Shown here one piece after another: positions 39,401 to 50,668 of a DNA stretch of 64,000 nt. The stretch is from Chrysomallon squamiferum (lineage: Eukaryota > Animalia > Mollusca), in the NCBI GenBank assembly GCA_012295275.1, contig CM022679.1, forward strand, positions 1,612,001 to 1,676,000, read 5' to 3'. How positions within the stretch are numbered: the first letter of the stretch is position 1; each line of letters starts with the position of its first letter. Position numbers and translations under genes: made by a program. The notes beneath the pieces were generated by a model. That model saw nothing but the letters and a program-made list of their open reading frames with translations. It was not told where the DNA came from and ran no database searches.

Positions 39401-41499
39401 GGGAAATGTCCATATCAACTCTGGCATGATAGTTCTTGTCATCAACTAATGATTCCTTTACATCACGGACAATCTGGTGAGCAACCTTTTCCAGTCCAAT
39501 CTCAAAATCATCTTCATCACTGCTCGGCACTAGTCTCAACAAACTCGATGCTTTACTTCGAAATACAAGCAGACTAGCAACACCTGTGCCACTCAGCACA
39601 AGAAGATCTGAACCAAAGTATTCTAAAAACTTGGAGACTAAGGTTCGGCGGCTAATGTCTCTTCCACCATTGGACTGGTATAGGTCGTATAATTCGATGG
39701 AATTCCACACTCGCGATGATTCTGCTCTCACTGCACTGACTGTCGTTTCAAAAGCCACATCCACCTCCTCTTGGCTACTACTAGATGCTGCTGAAGCTGA
39801 CTTCACTGACCGAGGTGAACAAAACTTCTTGTAACAGTCTGTGTGGTATCTACCATCTGCTGCATGCAGATCACTCACTGCCCCAGCCAAACGTGTCTCT
39901 ACCTCGCGTCCCCAGTTGTCGTGAGGAGATCTACAGACATCTAGAAGGGTTTCCTTAAAAGTCTTTCTCCCCTCACCACGGTCCGCTGTCCTACAAAGAA
40001 CAACCCTGCGCCAACGATACGGATGCTTAGGATCAATGTCAAGACATTCCTCACCGCAGAAAAGGCAATGTTGCCTGAAGTTGAAGGTTGTCGATCCGGA
40101 CCGACGCAGACGTTTTCCTGCAGATGACTCTTCAGAACCTGTCAGTCCCTGCGACGCTAAGTTCCTTCTTGCTTCCATCTTCTTTACAAAAGATGCAGCA
40201 CCTTTCCATCTTTCAGCTCTACCTATAAGAGAAGATATATGTGAGCCACTCTGGCAGAACCAGGTTTTACCAGGCCGCTATTACTGATATTATCAATAAT
40301 GGCGGTCCTTATTTGCATATTTTGCAGAAAATATTGGTGTGATCAATACTGCAATGGTTTAATTCTTTACCCCTAAAAACATGTGTATAGACACCAAAAT
40401 TATTTTGATACCATGTGTAGTTACTGAGATATTGACGAAAACAAGATTTTCAGTAATGGCGGCCTTAATTTGCATATTGTGCGGATTGCCCAAGGATGAC
40501 AGAGTGGCATCATTCAGATTCTTAAAGAGCACATCTCAGAGGTATAGAAACAGCAAAAAACCTTTGTTAACGGACTGTATTGCAAGGTTCTCCATAAAAT
40601 CTGGGGTTTGGCAAGCGGACTATTGGGCAGGATTCATAAATTTTCAGTTCCTGGTATACTATTAGAAATGATAACTTCTCATTAATATACATTTTATGTG
40701 ATGAAATATCCAATATATATTGGAACTGGATATTGTAATTTGTGAAAAAAAGAAATGTGTATTATTACACTTGATATGTGAAATTTTTCTTACTTAAGAA
40801 CTGTAAAAGTCTAGGGTACTGCCAAGTAATAGGAATAGTTTGAATATATAAAAGATAAATATTTCAAATTTTTTTAGAAGTCAATAATTGTGATATAAAG
40901 AGAGGCAAAACATTGATACTTTGCTATATAGATATAGCTGTTTTTATCTTTTTCAAATTCACTTATCATCAGTGTTTTGTTATAAAAGTATTTTTGTTTG
41001 AACAGAAACAGTGAGACCTTTTCTAGAAGGTGAAAAACTTCATCTGATGTCAGTAACCAGCAACCATTCTTATTCTTGTGGTCTTGAAAACTTCACAGAG
41101 CCTTGTGCAGTCACTGCACAGGTGCAGGTTTTTCAAAGAGGTGACTTTTTGTTACAGTTAGTCATTTATTAAACATTACAATACACTTTTATCACTTTTT
41201 CAGATATCAGGCTTCTGTTTTATTCATAAGAATTCTAAACTGCAAATTGAGAATAATTTATATTTCTTTTTAAATGTGTATTATTTGTAAAAAGAGCAGT
41301 TGCATTAGATGTTCTAATTTGAAGATTTGTTAGTTACTTGAATCTATCATTAACAGGAATTCCTCAGTGTGAGAAAGACACTGACTACAGAGGAATACAG
41401 TGGAACTGAACTCTAGTTTAATAGTTTTTATAATAATAGTAACTAATTGTAAAAATATATATTTTAATTATCTCTTTGTTAATATATTTAATTACTTTA

Positions 41500-41552
<53 letters not shown>

Positions 41553-43306
41553 GTTGTTGTTGTTGTTGTTGTTATTATTATAGCTGTTATTGTTGTTGCT
41601 GTGTTATTGCTGTTTTGTTGTTTTTGTTATTAGTATTACTATTTCAGAGAATAAAATAGGAAACATTTCACTAAGTCCAGTGTCTGTGACAGTGTGGGAA
41701 GGTGAACCGGTACACTTTCTTTGTACAGTGAATGGTCAGTTCCCAGCAAGTGCTGATGATGTCAATGTAACATGGAGTGTAACATCTCTAAATAACAGAG
41801 GATTTCAGACTTACATTTCAAAATCCTTATTTCAAGTGAACAGTTCACTCAACTTTACACAAACACAAACAAAACATACAGGTAAATATAATGAGATTAT
41901 GTTTATACAAAACACCTGAAACTAATAATAACTAAACAATTTATTAAGAATTAAATTTCTTTTTTTTTAAAAAGTGCTAAAACAACTTATAATACTTTCT
42001 GTTGCATCTGCAGCACTTATTAGTTTATATTCCAAATTCTAAAATTTGATTTCAGGAAATGTTTCATGTTCTGTGGAGTCCAATAATCAAATATATGAAG
42101 CTGTAGCCAAGTTAAATGTTGTGTTAAAACCATCAGTAGATCTTACTCCTGAGCACACTGATGTGGAGAAGTTTGAAAACACAGTTTTGAAATGTTACAT
42201 AAGAAACATGGAACAACTCAACAACATCAAAGTGACATGGTGCAGGGATGGAACTGTCATGACACAGCTAAACAATGGTTCCTCTAAATCTAAGTATTCA
42301 GGTGATGTCATGCAGTAAAAATTAGAAATAAAATAATCATAATTATTAATATTTATACAGAAGTTTGAAATATTAATCCATTCAGTAATGGAGATGAGAG
42401 TACGTAATGTACCAAACCCAGTTTCCATGTTTGGGCAGGATTCATAAATTTGTCATTTTCTGATATACTATTTGAAATGATAACTTCTCATTAATATACA
42501 TTTTAGGTGATGAAATATCCAATATATATTGGAACTGGATATTGTAATTTGTGAAAAAAAAGAAATGTGTATAACACTTGATATGTGAAATTTTTCTTAC
42601 TTCAGAACTGTAAAAGTCTAGGGTACTGCCAAGTAATAGGAACAGTTTGAATATATACAAGATAAATATTTCAAATTTTTTTAGAAGTCAATAAGTGTGA
42701 TATAAAGAGAGGCAAAACATTGATACTTTGCTATATAGATATAGCTGTTTTTGTCTTTTTCAAATTCACTTATCATCAGTGTTTTGTTATAAAAGTATTT
42801 TTGTTTGAACAGAAACAGTGAGACCTTTTCCTGAAGGTGAAGAACTTCATCTGACTTCAGTAACCAGCAACCATTCTTATTCTTGTGGTCTTGAAAACTT
42901 CACAGAGCCTTGTGCAGTCACTGCACAGGTGCAGGTTTTTCAAAGAGGTGACTTTTTGTTACAGTTAGTCATTTATTAAACATTACAATACACTTTTATC
43001 ACTTTTTCAGATATCAGGCTTCTGTTTTATTCATAAGAATTCTAAACTGCAAATTGAGAATAATTTATATTTCTTTTTAAATGTGTATTATTTGTAAAAA
43101 GAGCAGTTGCATTAGATGTTCTAATTTGAAGATTTGTTAGTTACTTGAATCTATCATTAACAGGAATTCCTCAGTGTGAGAAAGACACTGACTACAGAGG
43201 AATACAGTGGAACTGAACTCTAGTTTAATAGTTTTTATAATAATAGTAACTAATTGTAAAAATATATATTTTAATTATCTCTTTGTTAATATATTTAATT
43301 ACTTTA

Positions 43307-43350
<44 letters not shown>

Positions 43351-46300
43351 GTTGTTGTTGTTGTTATTATTATAGCTGTTATTGTTGTTGCTGTGTTATT
43401 GCTGTTTTGTTGTTTTTGTTATTAGTATTACTATTTCAGAGAATAAAATAGGAAACATTTCACTAAGTCCAGTGTCTGTGACAGTGTGGGAAGGTGAACC
43501 GGTACACTTTCTTTGTACAGTGAATGGTCAGTTCCCAGCAAGTGCTGATGATGTCAATGTAACATGGAGTGTAACAACTCTAAATAACAGAGGATTTCAG
43601 ACTTACATTTCAAAATCCTTATTTCAAGTGAACAGTTCACTCAACTTTACACAAACACAAACAAACCATACAGGTAAATACAATGAGATTATGTTTATAC
43701 AAAACACCTGAAACTAATAATAACTAAACAATTTATTAAGAATTAATTTTCTTTTTTTTTAAAAAGTGCTAAAACAACTTATAATACTTTCTGTTGCATC
43801 TGCAGCACTTATTAGTTTATATTCCAAATTCTAAAATTTGATTTCAGGAAATGTTTCATGTTCTGTGGAGTCCAATAATCAAATATATGAAGCTGTAGCC
43901 AAGTTAAATGTTGTGTTAAAACCATCAGTAGATCTTACTCCTGAGCACACTGATGTGGAGAAGTTTGAAAACACAGTTTTGAAATGTTACATAAGAAACA
44001 TGGAACAACTCAACAACATCAAAGTGACATGGTGCAGGGACAGAACTGTCATGACACAGCTAAACAATGGTTCCTCTAAATCTAAGTATTCAGGTGATGT
44101 CATGCAGTAAAAATTAGAAAAAAATAATCATAATTATTAATATTTATACAGAAGTTTGAAATATTAATCCATTCAGTAATGGAGATGAGAGTACGTAATG
44201 TACCAAACCCAGTTTCCATGTTTGGGCAGGATTCATAAATTTGTCATTTTCTGGTATACTATTTGAAATGATAACTTCTCATTAATATACATTTTAGGTG
44301 ATGAAATATCCAATATATATTGGAACTGGATATTGTAATTTGTGAAAAAAAAGAAATGTGTATAACATTTGATATGTGAAATTTTTCTTACTTCAGAACT
44401 GTAAAAGTCTAGGGTACTGCCAAGTAATAGGAACAGTTTGAATATATACAAGATAAATATTTCAATTTTTTTTAGAAGTCAATAAGTGTGATATAAAGAG
44501 AGGCAAAACATTGATACTTTGCTATATAGATATAGCTGTTTTTGTCTTTTTCAAATTCACTTATCATCAGTGTTTTGTTATAAAAGTATTTTTGTTTGAA
44601 CAGAAACAGTGAGACCTTTTCCTGAAGGTGAAGAACTTCATCTGACTTCAGTAACCAGCAACCATTCTTATTCTTGTGGTCTTGAAAACTTCACAGAGCC
44701 TTGTGCAGTCACTGCACAGGTGCAGGTTTTTCAAAGAGGTGACTTTTTGTTACAGTTAGTCATTTATTAAACATTACAATACACTTTTATCACTTTTTCA
44801 GATATCAGGCTTCTGTTTTATTCATAAGAATTCTAAACTGCAAATTGAGAATAATTTATATTTCTTTTTATCTGTGTATTATTTGTAAAAAGAGCAGTTG
44901 CATTAGATGTTCTAATTTGAAGATTTGTTAGTTACTCGAATTATATCATTAACAGGAGTATCTATGTGTCAGGAAGATACTGACTATAAACGAACAGAAT
45001 GGAAGTCAACTGTAGTTGGAAATACAGCAAACAGATCTTGTCCTGAAGGATATAACGGTAATTCAAAAACTAACATAACAGTACAACAAATCAGTTTTGT
45101 TTTAAGAAATTACAATTGAAAAAATTATCTAAAAAAGACAACAATTGTTATTCATAATAGAAGTCAGTGTAAAGTTCTTATGTCAGTGTAAAGTTCTTAT
45201 GTAATAGAAGTCAGTGTAAAGTTCTTATGTAATAGAAGTCAGTGTAAAGTTCTTATGTCAGTGTAAAGTTCTTATGTAATAGAAGTCAGTGTAAAGTTCT
45301 TATGTAATAGAAGTCAGTGTAAAGTTCTTATGTAATAGAAGTCAGTGTAAAGTTCTTATGTAATAGAAGTCAGTGTAAAGAATAGAAGTCAATGTAAAGT
45401 TCAGTGTAAAGTTCTTATGTAATAGAAGTCAGTGTAAAGTTCTTATGTAATAGAAGTCAGTGTAAAGTTCTTATGTAATAGAAGTCAGTGTAAAGTTCTT
45501 ATGTAATAGAAGTCAGTGTAAAGTTCTTATGTAATAGAAGTCAGTGTAAAGTTCTTATGTCAGTGTAAAGTTCTTATGTAATAGAAGTCAGTGTAAAGTT
45601 CTTATGTCAGTGTAAAGTTCTTATGTAATAGAAGTCAGTGTAAAGTTCTTATGTAATAGAAGTCAGTGTAAAGTTCTTATGTAATAGAAGTCAGTGTAAA
45701 GTTCTTATGTAATAGAAGTCAGTGTAAAGTTCTTATGTAATAGAAGTCAGTGTAAAGTTCTTATGTAATAGAAGTCAGTGTAAAGTTCTTATGTAATAGA
45801 AGTCAGTGTAAAGTTCTTATGTAATAGAAGTCAGTGTAAAGTTCTTATGTCAGTGTAAAGTTCTTATGTCAGTGTAAAGTTCTTATGTAATAGAAGTCAG
45901 TGTAAAGTTCTTATGTCAGTGTAAAGTTCTTATGTAATAGAAGTCAATGTAAAGTTCTTATGTAATAGAAGTCAGTGTAAAGTTAATAGAAGTCAGTGTA
46001 AAGTTAATAGAAGTCAGTGTAAAGTTCTTATGTAATAGAAGTCAGTGTAAAGTTCTTATGTAATAGAAGTCAGTGTAAAGTTCTTATGTCAGTGTAAAGT
46101 TTTTATGTAATAGAAGTCAGTGTAAAGTTCTTATGAAGTCAGTGTAAAGTTCTTATGTAATAGAAGTCAGTGTAAAGTTCTTATGTAATGTAAAGTTCTT
46201 AAAGTTCTTATGTCAGTGTAAAGTTCTTATGTAATAGAAGTCAGTGTAAAGTTCTTATGTCAGTGTAAAGTTCTTATGTAATAGAAGTCAGTGTAAAGTT

Positions 46301-49300
46301 CTTATGTAATAGAAGTCAGTGTAAAGTTCTTATGTCAGTGTAAAGTTCTTAAGTCAGTGTAAAGTTCTTATGTAATAGAAGTCAGTGTAAAGTTCCTATG
46401 TAATAGAAGTCAGTGTAAAGTTCTTATGTAATAGAAGTCAGTGTAAAGTTCTTATGTAAAGTTCTTAAGTCAGTGTAAAGTTCTTATGTAATAGAAGTCA
46501 GTGTAAAGTTCTTATGTAATAGAAGTCAGTGTAAAGTTCTTATGTAATAGAAGTCAGTGTAAAGTTCTTAAGTCAGTGTAAAGTTCTTATGTAATAGAAG
46601 TCAGTGTAAAGTTCCTATGTAATAGAAGTCAGTGTAAAGTTCTTATGTAATAGAAGTCAGTGTAAAGTTCTTATGTAATAGAAGTCAGTGTAAAGTTCTT
46701 ATGTAATAGAAGTCAGTGTAAAGTTCTTAAGTCAGTGTAAAGTTCTTATGTAATAGAAGTCAGTGTAAAGTTCTTATGTCAGTGTAAAGTTCTTATGTAA
46801 TAGAAGTCAGTGTAAAGTTCTTATGTAATAGAAGTCAGTGTAAAGTTCTTATGTAATAGAAGTCAGTGTAAAGTTCTTATGTAATAGAAGTCAGTGTAAA
46901 GTTCTTATGTCAGTGTAAAGTTCTTATGTAATAGAAGTCAGTGTAAAGTTCTTATGTCAGTGTAAAGTTCTTATGTAATAGAAGTCAGTGTAAAGTTCTT
47001 ATGTAATAGAAGTCAGTGTAAAGTTCTTATGTCAGTGTAAAGTTCTTATGTAATAGAAGTCAGTGTAAAGTTCTTATGTAATAGAAGTCAGTGTAAAGTT
47101 CTTATGTAATAGAAGTCAGTGTAAAGTTCCTATGTAATAGAAGTCAGTGTAAAGTTCTTATGTAATAGAAGTCAGTGTAAAGTTCTTATGTAATAGAAGT
47201 CAGTGTAAAGTTCTTATGTAATAGAAGTCAGTGTAAAGTTCTTATGTAATAGAAGTCAGTGTAAAGTTCCTATGTAATAGAAGTCAGTGTAAAGTTCTTA
47301 TGTCAGTGTAAAGTTCTTAAGTCAGTGTAAAGTTCTTAAGTCAGTGTAAAGTTCTTATGTAATAGAAGTCAGTGTAAAGTTCTTAAGTCAGTGTAAAGTT
47401 CTTATGTAATAGAAGTCAGTGTAAAGTTCTTAAGTCAGTGTAAAGTTCTTATGTAAATGTTGTGAAAAATAAAAATCTTTTTCTTTTACTGCCTCTGTAT
47501 AATTTTATCAGAAATGATGTTAAGAAGTACAAATAAAATATTTATGTGTATGTTATTATTTTATAAATGAATTCTTCAAAACTAAAATGTATTACATTCT
47601 GAAATGAAATAAAGTTATGAATGAATGTTTTTTTTAATGTAGGTACTGTCTGGAGAAAATGTGTTGAAGGGAGTGAGACTGTGGGAAAATGGCAAAGTCC
47701 TGATTATTCTAAATGTGTCAAAACAGTATTTAGAACATTATTTAAAAAGGTCTGCATAAATGAAATGTGTTTTAATGTATGTAGTGTTTTCTGATATAAT
47801 TTTATCAAACATTAAGAACTGATTTTCACAAATTACAGTTTTGTTTCATGGATTCAGAAATTTTAGGAGTTTGCTGCAGATGGTAGAGTTATATTGTTCT
47901 TAATATTGTTTATTATTTTTATTTATTTATTTATTATTATTATTTTTTTAATTTGTATCAGTTTCCCTTTCTTTTTAACAATTATTAAATAACAATGCTA
48001 CAAATAACATAAATCTGATAATTTTCAAGTTGTTTCAAACCTAATCACAACATACACTTTTAAATAGTTCAATACCAAAAAAAAAAAAAAAAAAAACACA
48101 AACCTCTGACTTTTAATTTTACCATTCAATCACTTTATTACTTATTATTTAAAAAAACATATTATAGTTTTCATTACTTACTTTTTTAACAGAGCATTTT
48201 TTAGTTTTTGTTTTTATTTCTTAATTTAAAGACTTTTTCACTTAATAGTTAGAAAAAAGAAAAGAAAGAAAAAACTTGTATTAAAAAGAAAATGTTATTT
48301 ATTACAGATAAAAGATAACTCTGCTGATTTGAATGTATCAGACATTCTAAAAGAATTCTCCACTGCTGCAGATTCACTGAAAAACAACTCTCTGAGTGGA
48401 GATATTTTAGAGAGTTCTAACATACTGGAAAAAATTAGTCACCTGACAGCCAACAAGAGCATCACTAAAAACGATACAGAGGTACCATGTCTTTCTTAAA
48501 GAAAAGGAGTCAGTAGTTAACATACTTTGCATGGAAACAAATCATGCAGTGTATATGATGATGAAAATGTTTAAGAAATGACTTTTCAGAACTCTTTTAT
48601 GATTATATTTCTCATCACAAAGATGTTCTCTTTGACAGGTGTTTGTTGAAGTGGTCAGCAAAATGTTGGACAAGGATACTAGTGACACTTGGAAAGAACT
48701 GTATAATGAGGTAGGTAATATAGTGACACATGGAAAGAACTGTATAATGAGTTAGCTAATATAGTGACACATGGAAAGAACTGTATAATGAGGTAGCTAA
48801 TATAGTGACACATGGAAAGAACTGTATAATGAGGTAGGTAATGTAGTGACACTTGGAAAGAACTGTTTCTTGAGATAGGTAATGTAGTGACACTTGGAAA
48901 GAACTGTATAATGAGGAAGGTAATATAGTGACAGAAAGAACTGTATGATGAGGAAGGTAATATAGTGAGAGAAAGAACTGTATGATGAGGAAGGTAATAT
49001 AGTGACAGAAAGAACTGTATGATGAGGTAGGTAATGTAGTGACACATGGAAAGAACTGTATGATGAGGTAGATAACACAGATGAAGTCTGGCCATTCATA
49101 ATATTTTTGCATGAATACAGTCAGCAAATACAGTTTAAGTTTTGCACAGTATTATTCAGAATATTATTTCATTAAATGAAATTTTTGATATTTTCTCCTT
49201 TTTTTCTTCTTTTTTTTTTGAGTAAAAGTGAGTTTTATCTAGAGTGTGAAGTTCTAAGTTATGTTAATATTCACACTAAAAATCGGACATAGAGAGTTAA

Positions 49301-50283
49301 GTTTTTATTTTTTATTTCAGACAAGAGAAACTGCATCATCTGTAATGAATTCACTGACAACTTTCAGCAAATCTGCCATCAAAACATTACAGGAAAACAC
49401 GTCTTTTGTCATAGAAAAAGAAAATATTGGTAGTGTAGCTGAAAAAAGTCTATAGTATAAACAAATACATTACATATCACAATGAATCTTTCATTTTGTC
49501 CTTAAATAATCTATGTATTCATTTAACAGACTGATATTTTTATTATCAGATTTGTCATTTCTGTCATTAATTATATGTTTAATCAATGTTGATTGGTGTT
49601 AAAATAAAATTAATTGTTTTAATTATGTTCAACATAAACATTTGAAATCTGTAATCTTATTCAATATTCTCAAATTTTCATTTGCTCACCATTCTATTTA
49701 ATAATTCTTTGTAGGTTTCACTCTTTTCTGGGATTATAAGTTTTATTTTATTTTATTTGTTTTTTTTTTTGTTGTTGTTGTTGTTTTTTATTGGTTTTGT
49801 TTGTTTGTTTTTTAATTTGAAAAAAACCCAAACAAGAAATGATCATCAAAAATTACAATTTTAAAAAGAACCACACAAACAAATTCCTCCAAAAACAAAT
49901 ATTTTTGCAAGATTATTATTATAATACTGTGTGCTGATACAAATAACAAACTTACTTTTCACAAATTTTATGCTATCTTGTTATTTAATTTTATATAAAC
50001 ACTTATCAGACACCAAGTAGCTGATCTGTTTTACACAGTGGAGTTCATCAAACACGCAACAATAAATATGAAACAAATTTACAATGACTCTTTTTGTTTC
50101 AGTGCTCAAAGTGAGCAAGGAACCAATAGAAAATATTGTGTTCCCAGACAACAAATTGAATGACTCAACTTTTCTACACATTTCCAAATCTGCCTTGAAG
50201 AAAAAGCTCAGAGGTTAGTCACTCCAGTTAAACATGAAAACATTAATCTTTCATTATTGTTATTATCATTATTATTATTATTG

Positions 50284-50333
<50 letters not shown>

Positions 50334-50633
50334 TATTGTTACTGTTGTAATGACAGATTATGATATTGTAAATAATTCAAGAAATGTGTAAAAAAACAAC
50401 AATAATAATAACAAAGAATAAACATATTTCTGTTTGTTGTCAGTTTTGATAGTGTTTTTAACAGATTTCTCTATCTGTGCAGACATCTTTTTCAATTATC
50501 AAAAGATTCACTCATTGAAACACACACACATTTTATAAATACTTTTCATTATCCTTGTTCTTCTACCAGTACATATTGTTATAAGATTATTTCACACAAC
50601 ACACTTTTAAGTTATATAGAACTAGATTCTAAC

Positions 50634-50668
<35 letters not shown>

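Larger units (their letters stand above)
37150..44950 (+). repeat. Tandem triplication of a ~1.79-kb unit encoding two Ig-like domains
   Basis: Equivalent exons start at 37170, 41648 and 43440 (period 1792 bp between copies 2 and 3). Introns are also near-identical. Copy 1 is longer because of the transposon. Confidence 0.95.

Noticed and set aside
42361-42450. Apparent exon after the second Ig exon (atacag|aagtttga...), which is also the transposon target region
   Set aside because: It has an immediate in-frame stop in all three copies; the Ig domain is completed by the next exon (42813-42947), so the transposon is intronic.
45155-47456. CRISPR-like array of 28-bp repeats
   Set aside because: Units are head-to-tail with no unique spacers, there are no cas genes, and the context is a eukaryotic intron.
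48679-49127. Three overlapping minus-strand ORFs of 100-138 aa
   Set aside because: They are antisense translations of the 41-bp minisatellite.
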